From: Haplodiscus bocki
Taxonomy: Eukaryota
Reading direction: 5' to 3'
Assembly (NCBI GenBank): GCA_965655095.1
Contig: OZ296652.1
Span: 70,804,001 to 70,868,000 of the forward strand
Length of the DNA: 64,000 nt
Shown here one piece after another: positions 24,801 to 35,285 of this stretch. Position numbers and translations under genes: made by a program. The notes below the pieces were generated by a model. The model had not been told where the DNA came from and did not search any database. It saw nothing but the letters and a program-made list of their open reading frames with translations. The first letter of the stretch is position 1. The number at the start of each line of letters is the position of its first letter.

Positions 24801-27530
24801 AACCACTGAAAATACAAGAGAAGCAGAAAAAATATCCAGTGATTAGAAAAGAAAAGGACTGGATTGAAAATGGATGTACTGATGACCTAACTTATGCTTC
24901 TTTCGAACTGATAAAGTGTCATAAACATTTGATGAGACTACAAATACACAAAGGGATTTTAATGCGACATTTTTTTGACAATATTGGAAAAAAATCACAC
25001 TCAAAAGTTTTTGTACCGAAACATTTGAGAAAAGAAGTCTCTTACAGAATACATAATTCTCCCACAGGAAGACATCTTGGTATTGGCAGAACAGCGAAAG
25101 AACTTCGCAAATTATTCTATTTTCCTGGATTTTCAGTATAATTGACTGACTACATCAAGAAGTCTCTTTCTTGCTCGACTCTCAAAAGAGTCACCAAAAA
25201 ACAAATACACCCACCACTTCAACCAATTTCATCCGAACAACTTTTGCCGGGTGACTTGATGAAAATAGACCTATTTGGACCATTCCAATCACCCGTTCAC
25301 AAGTATGTGCTCTCAAGATTAGATGTTTTCTCCAAATATCTTTTCGCAGTTTCTTTAACACCTGCACATGCAGGTACAGTTGCAAAAGCTTTAATTCCGA
25401 GATTTTTTCAACACAGTTACATTCCTACCATAATCCTATCTGACTTAGGTATCAGTTTTGTTGCAGAAGTAGTTCATGGGTTATCAAAACTTCTTGAAAT
25501 ACGACTCTAACATGTTTCATTGAAGCACCCTCAAACAATCGGAGTTGTTGAAAGATCACATGCAGAATTGAAACGAATTTTGAAGCTCAACACTGATGAA
25601 AAGTGGACAACGTGGTATCCATATGTTGACGTAGCCACCTTTATCCATTACACGTCGTACCATTCATCAATTGGCTGTACTCCAAGCTCACTGTTCCATG
25701 GACGTGAACTCAATAAACCAATTGATCTACGTTTTCGATGACATGCATTAGCTCATAAAGAAAAATTGTCTGACTACTTAGTCGATTTGCAAGGTTCATT
25801 ACTGGAACAACTTTCACATACAAAACTGAGACTATTGGATGCGTATCACAAATATCGTACTTATTATGACTAAAAAGCAGCTGCAAAACCTTTGATGCAA
25901 CATCAATATGGTTTATTGTTGAATCCAACTCCACTTACACGAAGTGATTTTGCCGCAAAGTCAACTACCATTTGGCTTTCTTTGTACAGAGTAGAATAAA
26001 TCTTAACAAAATCTAAATATTTAAAAAAAAAAGTTGGTACTCCGTACACACAGTGTGTTCATCGAATCCGTTTGCGACTTATTACACGTAATTATCAGGT
26101 TCAGCACATCCAATTAATTATGGATGACTTCCGACCCAACCCTAGTTTAGGAAAATACAGGTCGGAGGAAGAAATGTTCGATGACGCTCTGGAGGACTTA
26201 CTACGAGAAGGTAAAATTTATGACCCTAATATTGACAAACCGTTTTTGCAGAAAAACATTGAGGTAGAAGATGTCATTGCAGGTGCAGCAGTTGTTCCAG
26301 CCGCACCTAGAGAAGAAGTACACCTCGAAGCACAAAATGCAGTGCGAGAGGTGCACCAATACCCGCCACTACAAACCGCACCTGAACCAGCTCCAATGGA
26401 AGGAGTTGAAAATTAGTTATTTCCAGAGCCTCTTGAACCAACGGCTCCAGTCCAGGTACACTTTGAGAGTCCCGAGCCAGCTGTGTCTCCTAAACCAAAC
26501 TCAAATCAAGAAAAATCATTGACTAGAACAGAAATGTCTGATACAAAAGCAAAAACTATACCATCTCGGATACGGATCAGTAGCAGTGCACAATCAACCG
26601 CTGCTATTTCGCAGAGAATTCGGTTTGATCAATATGAATATGATAGCGGAATTTCGTCGCGACAAGACTTAACGAAAACGTGTTATTATGCATATCTTGA
26701 GCAACAAGCTAAGACTCCACCGTCAGTGGACACAAAAAGAACTATGTTACGGAACAACGCATCTACTACGCGACAAAAACTAGTAAATTCAACACCCTCA
26801 GCTCAAAATTTAACGCAATTACCGGACAAAAAGATTCCGAAAAACCGTTATCCAGTTCTATCGAATAGAAGTCAACCGCCATCCTCTTCTGATGTCCATT
26901 CGCAAAACTTTCAGGTAAACCAAATTTCTAATGACACTGAAAGTATTTTACTACCACCAAATCTTGAAAATATACAAAGAGATCTGTTCAAAAACCCTAA
27001 TACTAATTTTGGACATTGCGTCTTCTCTGATTTAGTAATGGCAGCAGGAACAACTAAACATTCTTAAGATTGTTCCCTGGTTCGAACGACATTCGACAAA
27101 GAAAATTGTTTTCACCGCCAGGTTCACTTATAGCACATTTTTCTCACCAACGACAGAACTGGATATATAACTGAGTGACAAAACAGCACGGCAATTTGAA
27201 GCCTACTTACCATAACTTACATAAAAACCTATGTAGCACGAAAAGTCACTTGTTAGACCACGGAATAACAGAAATTAGCTTACCGCAAAATGGGTGTGGA
27301 TCAGACGAACCGACTGGAAAAAAGTACTGCTTGACATCATCCACAAATTTGGACACAGTGAAGTTTGTGTAAAACCCTTTTTACGAAAATGGCACAGCAA
27401 TCCATGGAATGCAAATCTGATAAATGCTGAAGAGTACGATAAAGACGAAGAAACAAATAGAAGATTGTTCCATATGTGCACGACTCGTAAGTTAGCTTTT
27501 GAAGGGTTACTGCAAAGTCCGCCTCCTTGA
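21846..27530 (+). pseudogene. pol: pol polyprotein PR-RT-RNase H-IN plus C-terminal linker and macrodomain
   Basis: Protease ITDTGA...VLGNPF; RT YSSPI...LRILIDLRRVN and FVDD; RNase H YLCD...TDNK; integrase H...GRHLG...CSTL, IDLFGPF, ILSDLG, VVERSH. ORFs starting 23963, 24449, 25142, 25520, 26072 and 26483 share one frame, broken only by point stops. Confidence 0.92.
26972..27375 (+). pseudogene. TARG1/OARD1 (Poa1p-like) macrodomain at the end of pol
   Basis: IQRDLFKNPNTNFGHCVFSDLVMAAGTTKH/FLRLFP...WIYN*VTKQHGNLKPTYHNLHKNLCSTKSHLLDHGITEISLPQNGCGSD/RTDWKKV matches the family pattern GDLF..LAHC.S.D..MGAG..F...IY.LITK....KPTY..L..SL...K.H....G...L.MP.IGCGLD.L.W..V. Confidence 0.88.
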
Positions 27531-27737
27531 TAAACCAAATAGGAGTGACATACTGAACTCTGAACTGTCACCTAAAGATTGACATATATTTGCTTAGATT
27601 CTTATCAATTCAGTGGCGCCAGCAGTCTGGCAAAGTAGCTAATTAAAGTTGTTATCAGCAGTCAATCAAACAAACAACTATTTCACATTTGAATTTAACT
27701 AACGCTCAAAATGAGCTGCAAAAATTAATAATCTATA

Positions 27738-28554
27738 ATGGCCATTCGCTCATCGAGTTTTGTTTTGTGAAATCTTCAATAGCATCACCATCAAACAAAC
27801 TGATCGAGAGTTTTTGGAGCCTCCAAGACTTGCGTTGTATACTCAGCGTCATCAAAACCAAATCTTGATCCATGAAGAAGTGGAAATTGTCCCTCGCTCC
27901 TTTGAATGGAGAGAACTGATAGCCTCTGCAAGTCAATTTGCTGATAATGACCAGTTAGAACAAGTTAGGCAGCGGCTCGTCAAAATGGACCAACAACAGC
28001 AACGCAATGTGTTCTTCACTGTCTCGTAAAGTGACACGTGACCTTACCTTTATCAACATAACCTTTAAAAATTCAATATTTCATTAAACAGGAAACATTT
28101 CCATATTAAAGTCGGATATTCTCTTCAATTTTACGATTCTGCACACCAAAACCACTCTCAGAAGATTCAGCGACTCCATGGACCTCCCAACAACGATGAA
28201 CAACTTTTCTTGGAAACTTTTTCTCAAGGAGAAAGTGTGTGACACGTACGAATACTAGAGAGTCCATGATATTTGGACCCCTTTCCAAGATCCCCCACTG
28301 ATTATCACAATCAGCTACTGGCAAGGCAACACCCTGCTCCTGGACGATCTTTATCTCTATCCCGACACGATTGAATGGAACTCCCTGCTTGAAACCGAGC
28401 AATATTGACCGCTGGAGAATCTAGAAGCGTCACCTTAGTGGTTTGGATAGAAGATATGGGACCAGGAAGCCGTGAATACCCAATGTTTCAACAAGTCTTG
28501 GTAAATATTAACCAATTTCACGGAAAAACAAACTCAATGTTTATTTGGACATAA
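27738..28554 (+). pseudogene. Accessory ORF of unknown function (~270 codons, decayed)
   Basis: ATG at 27738, an early frameshift into frame 27760, then protein-like reading to TAA 28552 with several scattered stops, mostly TGA. Confidence 0.5.
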
Positions 28555-29055
28555 TTGTTATTCAGGAAGAAATGTTCTTGATGAATTGGGCTACGTTTCT
28601 TTTTTCCTGTTTCTCCTCTCAACTTTTTTGGAATTGATGAAATATAGGTTCAACTAAAGACTTCTACGTCAAAACTCGAACCACAAACAGCTGGAAATTT
28701 TTGAAAAAAAACTGTCTTTGATAGAATCGTCAAATAGTAACCACAGCGTATTCAGTTCTTTGGTTTTGTATATTATTGACAAACAGGACCATCAAAATTG
28801 ATGCTGTAATTTTTTTAGTCTCATTGATCACTTTTTTACCTTTTTTTCAATTTTGAGATCGAAAATCAAAAATTCGCCGCAATACAATTATGGCCTAGAT
28901 TTCTGCTTGCTCACTTAAGCCCACGTTTGTATGCTCAACGTTGACTAAACCAAACGCTCCCCCTTGAACTTCATGAAAAGTCAGCACGGTTGGAAATTTT
29001 TTTTTTCCAACTATGTTTTTTCAACTTCTTGGAAGAAATTCCAATTTCGCCCATA

Positions 29056-30347
29056 TTACGATTGTACCGCAGGAAGTTTCCGTTCAAACCCAGGTATTCT
29101 TCCCAAAATTACAGTTCTTTTACATTGAGCGAGACCAATTTCTAATTTGTAAGTCTTACAAAGTAATTTTGTTTTTCCACAGCAGCCTCCCAGTTGGCCA
29201 CTTGGGCTAAAAACAAACCTCATATACCACAGAAAAAGAACTATTGTTCTTTCTGAAGATAAAATCAACTCCGTACTTTGTATTTTAGCAGCTTTTTGAT
29301 TATATTTTGCCCTGACACGAGATGGGAAAAGCAATCTTCGTTTTCGCATCGAGACTTTTACATCCCTTGCTAGAATTGAGGAGGCAGATCTTCCATCGTC
29401 ATACTAGAAGCAGTTTAAGTGTTCGAACAGGGCTGTTTTAGTCTTTTTCAAGGTGCTTAAACTCCACAGAGCTTGCTTCTTTTATTATTTTTCCAGCATC
29501 ACGTTCCTCCTCTCAACTCCCAGCCCAGTGGAGTAATAGTTTAGAACTTGCTTGCGCCGTTTTAAATCACTTTCATCCTTGCCCTCAAATCCAACCACAA
29601 GCGCAGCCCCATTTCCCATAGTCACAACAGTATGAGCACATAATGCAGGCTGAGTCTATAGGGCATCATTATATGTTATGAAAAACTTCACGATATTTTT
29701 CATCAACTTAGAAGCCAGTTTGGATAAACAGTCCGTAATAGCGGTCCATGAGGTAAATAACGACTCCAAACAACGAGTTGCTCTCTCACGTTCAGCAATT
29801 AGCATTAGATATTTCCCAACTGGAACACTGGTAATACTGCCGACTCCGCCTGTCTCAATATGGCCAGCAGTGAACCAAGGGCCAAAAAAGAAAATACCAT
29901 CTAATTTTGTCAACGTGAGAGCATTAGTCATCTTATATTCCACTAATCCGTCCAAATTAAAAGAGCATGTGGAAGAATTTTCAGTAAATTTTGTATCGAA
30001 ACTCGATATAGGCCCAGACACACGATCTTGGCCACGTAATTTCCAAAACTTACGATGATTTAAAATCAACCTTACTCCAGTTGATACACTTGATACATTT
30101 TCAACAAACCCTGCGTGCATGGTGAATAACGATTGATTCCTCATGACAACCCGTTCTTTCGCCCAATTCTGTCAACTCCTAAACTAAGGCCACAAAATTT
30201 CACTTCAGAAGTAAAGTCGTCCCAAGTACTACCTTTGGATCCATCAATAGCTGTCACTGCTTGCCAGCCCAGTTCAATCAATTTTTCTTCATTCAAATTA
30301 TCTTCCCAATTGATGTTGAAATGCGCTTCATCACATCGCGTTTCCAT
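29056..30347 (-). pseudogene. Antisense JmjC-like Fe(II)/2-oxoglutarate oxygenase carried by the LTR element
   Basis: ATG 30347 (METRCDEAHF...), frameshift ~30150, then FFFGPWFTAGHIETGGVGSITSVPVGKYLMLIA; reading through the TAG at 29656 gives TQPALCAHTVVTMGNGAALVVGFE. This is an H-x-E...H triad with the two His 76 aa apart. The same frame continues into MRKRRLLF (ORF 29056-29349). Confidence 0.75.
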
Positions 30348-30451
30348 ATTAAACGATCTTTGAAAAAAAAACAAAATTATAGCAGCTAACCAGTCCTGAA
30401 GTTGCAAACGTAAGGTGTTTTAATCACACTCAGTACTCTGAAAACAAGCAA

Positions 30452-30862
30452 CTATTGAATTCTTTCCAGAGTACCCTTCACTTTATCTCTAACAGCAAAA
30501 GCAAACCACTTAGCATAACAGTAAACTACATTCAAAGTAACAACTATAAGCAACGCTGCTGGAGAATCTAAACAACGTATCTGTTTTATACCCCTCAACA
30601 CTACAGTTAAGTTAATCTGAGCATTTTTTGCCGTCACAGCATGTTTTCGGCGACACAGCCGCATAATGCAATAGAACATCTTCACTCCCAACAGAACGAA
30701 TAGCAACACCCAAGACAAATCGGGTCGCACCTCTTCTGGCACATTGATGGGTTGTCCTTGCAGACACACATCCATTAATTCGGGGATGCATTGCTGGCCT
30801 ACGCAAGTCTTATCTGGACAGCAGTGGATATCAACCCCACCAACATTACTAGTAAAACACAT
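30452..30862 (-). CDS. Small antisense Cys-rich membrane protein (unknown)
   Basis: ATG 30862: MCFTSNVGGVDIHCCPDKTCVGQQCIPELMDVC...; hydrophobic LSWVLLFVLLGVKMFYCIM followed by basic RLCRRKH; open to 30452. Confidence 0.45.
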   Translation of the reverse strand: MCFTSNVGGVDIHCCPDKTCVGQQCIPELMDVCLQGQPINVPEEVRPDLSWVLLFVLLGVKMFYCIMRLCRRKHAVTAKNAQINLTVVLRGIKQIRCLDSPAALLIVVTLNVVYCYAKWFAFAVRDKVKGTLERIQ

Positions 30863-31000
30863 TTTGCTAACTCTCTGAAAACCTCGGAAAAATTGGAAAA
30901 AGCTGACTTTCCTGGGATGGCAACTGAAAAAATGTAGAAATACAACGCCAAAACTTACAAAGTACCTCAAAATCAAAAAACGCAAAAACAAAACAAAAAA

Positions 31001-33160
31001 ATGCTGGATCCGCAGGATTCCACCTATACTTTTCTCTTCAATGAATTTTTTTCGGTCGCCTCGAAAACTTTTTCGGTTTCAGTGCTATCGACATGCATTG
31101 CCAGAATTCTCACGGATCAATTGAAATGGACTTGGAAAACCGTTCCAGAACAAGCACAAGGCGCAATACTTGAAACGGCATCATCTTTTACTGGCTGAAA
31201 AATTCATCAACGTTGACTTTCTAGTCCCATTTCCAAAATTTGAGCATAACTTACGCGCCGAAATAGGCGCCTACATTGAAAAACCTGGAAAGCTCTGGGC
31301 TTCTCCTAGCTGGCAGTGTCACTTGGATTACTCGACAAATTTTCAGAAAAACGACTCAACTATTGATGTTGGTTGGCTTCTTCACCAAGTTGAAAAAGAA
31401 GTTAACCTTGCAGAGCAAGAGTTTGACGTTCCTCGCAACTATACTTCATCTTTTTTAAACAATGAAGCAACTGAAGTGCAGGATATTCATCGACCACCGA
31501 GCAATGATGGCAGTTGCGTCGGTTGGATTATTTCGACTCGGAATCGCGCTTGGAGTAGGATCCTACAAAATTAAAGGAATTTTTGGTTCTTGCCATGATA
31601 AATCCAAAAGCAATGCAGAAAATATTCAAAAACTCGCTGACTTCATAGAAACCTTAACAAAAGATGTTTTTAAATTACGAAACAAAGTAAACGATAATTT
31701 TTTTATTGTAGCGTCCGAACTTGCTGCAAATAACTCCTTTGAAAAGGAAATGTTTGAAGTTCAAAACCGTGACCGGCAAATCATTGAAGACCACTTTAAA
31801 GTATGTCAAATCAATATTCACTTCTTACGAGATTGTGATCAGTTACTTTTCTCTCGCCAGCAGATCAATCCCAATTATGACACTAATTCTTCATTGCTTG
31901 CCATAAGACGTTATCGAGGCGCAATTTACACCTACCGTAATAATATGATGAACTCTTTTCGTACAATTCTGAGCAATTATTTGCCAAGGTCGCTTGTTCC
32001 TCGACAATCGCTCCTAACGATTCTAGAGAATGTTACAGCGGAAGAAATTCGCTCCAATGTCAGACTTTCTGTAGCAATTCCAATGGATGAAATAGTTTCC
32101 TATTACGAGTCACGAATTTTACGAGATGTCGTTACTGTAGACCAAGGTCTAGTCATGCGTATTGCCATTCCTTGAGCATCAAAACAAACTGCATTTACAG
32201 TTTTTCGTTCGTAGTGGAACCTGATGTGGCAATCAAATGGAAATTAGAAGCGCTATATTTGGCGATATGGGAAGATAACATGGAAACAGCATATCTGACA
32301 GAATATGGTCTCTCACGATGTATCGGATCCTCACGGTATCAATTATGCCTCGACATGATTGCAACAGAAACAGGACATGGATCTTGTAAAGCAACACTTT
32401 TATTCTAAGGCAGCGTGGAAGCATTACAGATATGCGATACGGAACCAATTGCACTTCCAGCGACGAAAAAAGCTGAAAACTTGGATTTGGTGTTTGGCTC
32501 ATAACGTCTGCAACCACAACCTATACTCTCTTTGAATCCAATACAGCCTCAACTATTTCATCAGAAACAATTAAACACCCTGGATGCCAAATTGGTATTA
32601 TCACATTGGAATGCGGAAAGCAGTTAGTAGGTCCACACATCAAAATTAGGTCGGACCTGAGTACTTGCGAATAGATTCCAGCAACTAAAATTAAGGTGAA
32701 GTTCCCAGATCAGTTGAAACATTTTCGAGGTGATCTTCCAGAAGTTGATGATGTGCCTTATTTTTCGGCAAAAAAGGCAGGTGGAAATGCAACGCTGAAA
32801 GAAGTCCGAGAAAATTTACTTGACAGCCCTAAAATGCGAGACCCGGAAAAACATTTGGGAAGAGCAGGTCCGTAAAATTCAAAAATAACTCAACTGCGTT
32901 CAACTCTTTCAAAAGACTTCGATTCTCATTTGTCTATCAAGCCCTCCCTTTTAATGTGCCTCCGATCATTTTTGGGATCAATGGTTTTAAATATGCTTTT
33001 TGTCTGCATTTATCATTGGTATAAACACAAGCATCGCGAAAAACCTCTATTTTTCCCGAAAAAAATCCCTTGTCCCAGGACGAGAAGAAAAAATCAAGCG
33101 CACAGTTTTTCTATCGACTTTTGGCAGATGCACGAGAAACCACTTTGGACATTGAATTAA
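31001..33160 (+). pseudogene. env: env-like class I fusion glycoprotein (baculovirus F/errantivirus Env-like)
   Basis: Fusion-peptide-like AMMAVASVGLFRLGIALG after a damaged basic site; heptad region AENIQKLADFIETLTKDVFKLRNKV; VVTVDQGLVMRIAIP strand; Cys-rich region (SRCIGSSRYQLC...SCKATL); C-terminal TM FLGSMVLNMLFVCIY then HWYKHK; N-glycosylation sequons NDS and NYT. Confidence 0.8.
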
Positions 33161-33274
33161 ATCTAACAGGCCACGGTATGGAACGAACTGCTTCGAAAAT
33201 TGGTGTTGTAAGTTCTGGGAGCAGCAAGTTCACAACAGTTGAGACAATCCCATGTCCTTCTTACGATACCGTTC

Positions 33275-33284
33275 AACGGAGAGG
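33275..33284 (+). promoter_or_regulatory. Polypurine tract
   Basis: AACGGAGAGG immediately before the TGT that starts the 3' LTR. Confidence 0.7.
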
Positions 33285-33460
33285 TGTCTGAAACTCACTA
33301 CTTTGGCCTTAGCTGCTGAGAACTTAGTTGGAATTCACTCGTTGAACTCGCATCCAATAGAACATAAAACTTGAAAGTAGATTCAACAATCTATAACCCA
33401 CTCTCGCCTTAAGAGAAATTTGAAACTCTAAAACTAGACAAGAGAGTTGCAAACGTTCGA
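33285..33460 (+). repeat. 3' LTR (176 bp, internally deleted)
   Basis: TGT joined directly to the sequence matching 19816-19988; followed by the CCAAC TSD. Confidence 0.9.
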
Positions 33461-35285
33461 CCAACTTAGGATATTATTCACGTAAACTCCCAGGTCCTTT
33501 ATGAATTTTGTCGAATTGAGAGCAAAACGTAGAAAACTTGGAGTCATCACCTCTGAAGGTTTCCTTGAGACATTTGTCCATTGCCAGATACCTTTTGTTA
33601 TCTGTTGCCCAGTTGTCAGCTGCATCTAGATCAGCCTGTACTTTCAGCCAGTTGTTCTTTTTGCACAAAATTTTTAAATCATCCGCAAGCAGATGTGAGT
33701 CACTGAATTTTGAAGCAGCCAGCAGATCGTTCATGAAAATGCAAAACATAAGTGGTCCCACCGCAGACCCCTGAGCTACGCCGCTTTTAACAAAGAGAAT
33801 TTGCGAGCTTGTAATTTCCACATGGAAAATTTGCTTACGTTGATCAAGGTAATCAGATATCAGCTCAAGAATGCAACCCTCAATGCCGATTCGACTGAGT
33901 TTTTTCGAAAGTTCCAAATAGGGTAACTTGTCAGAAGGCTTTGACAAATCGGTGTAGAAGGCGATGATTTCACTTGATGACTCTTTGTCCAGAATATCTT
34001 GGATTCATTTCAGAGACAAGCATATGGATTGGAACTGAAAATTGTTTCACGAAAGCATGCTGACGCTTTGTTGGGAATTTGGTATAATGGTCATACAGGG
34101 ACTGGTAAGTGCAATTCTCGCAGACTTTGACGACAATGTATGAAAGCGATACTGGTCGGTACTTTTTCAAGTGGCGTCTGTCTCCTTAAAAATCGGGGAT
34201 ACAGCCGCAATTTTCCAAGTGACCATATTTTGCAGACATTTTATGTTTTTTGGAACTTCATGGAGGATTTCTGCCCTGGCAGCAGAATAAAATTGGTGCA
34301 AGTGCGTCAGGTCCTCGCGCTTTTCGAATACCTAAGGTAGCCAGAATATTGGAGAAATTCTTTTTCGAGATGCTGAAGTTCGTTAAAAAAATGTTCTTCC
34401 GGTTCAATGTCTTTGATGTTAAGAGGTTCTATTGCTGTGAAAACCGAATGCAAAAAATGATTCTACATGTTGACTTTTTCGACTGTTTTTCTGCTGGAAA
34501 CTTCGTCCTGGATGAGAACTTGTGGCACTTTACTTGTCTTGTTGTGGTTTCTGAGATATTTGGAATTGAAATGTGTGTTCCTTTGTTCCAAGAGGTTTTG
34601 TGGGTAAGCAAAGGTATCACTCTCCGCGCATTCAGTCATAAATAATCTCTGCTTTTCCATAACTCGCTTTCTGCGTGGGGTTGGTTTTCTCAAGTAACAG
34701 TTGCTCTTTCGTCTCAAGTCTTCTCAAAAGGTTCGAAGTACTTGATCAAATCCACGGAGGAAGAATTTGTCGGTGGCGGGTTCTCCTAGGCACACAAATT
34801 CCTGTAAACTCTCCGAAATAATGGTACATATCTTATTGCATTCGGTCGATGTTTGAGTAGCAAGTTGCCTCAAAAGGTTTGATAATCATAATCTCATTTA
34901 CTTGGGTATAGTCTGCATTGCCAAAGCTTCGGAAGATCTCGATAATTGGTTTTGCATCAACGTTCGGACACTCTACCAAAAGTGAAACATCTCCATGGTC
35001 TGTGCAGTCGTATACTTTGGTCACGTGTTTGTTCGGTTCAGCATTGACTAAACAATTGCGTTGGAGAGCGATGTCGAGTAGGCTGTCTGCACGACGTTCA
35101 AAATCTACAGCTTGTTCCAAAAGATTTTCTTCGAAAAGGTCAACAATTTCCTGCTCGAACTCGTCGCTACTCATAAGAGTTCCCCAGTCATTCTTCGGCA
35201 AGTTTACATCACCGCATATGGGGAGTTGTTTGGATTTAGAAAAGTTACTGTAACTTCAAAGTCTTTCGTGTATCTGTACCTACTG
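33461..35285 (-). mobile_element. CR1/L2-group LINE family B copy 1, 5' portion (EN-RT), 5'-truncated
   Basis: ICGDVN, YRPVSL, FYTDLSKPSDK, SGVAQGSAVGPLMFCIFMNDL, LLADDLKI, IKDLGVYVNNILSW; the last peptide continues as SWHAHSSARMKK at 19552 across the insertion. Confidence 0.9.

Larger units (their letters stand above)
19553..33460 (+). mobile_element. 13.9-kb env-bearing Ty3/Gypsy (Metaviridae-type) endogenous retrovirus-like element with accessory genes, pseudogenised
   Basis: Paired LTRs, CCAAC TSD (19548-19552 and 33461-33465), PBS, PPT, gag with CCHC, pol in PR-RT-RH-IN order, env-like gene before the 3' LTR. Confidence 0.93.

Noticed and set aside
29678-30363. Plus-strand ORFs of 126 and 76 aa inside the accessory region
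   Set aside because: Antisense shadows of the JmjC-like gene, whose motifs are on the minus strand.
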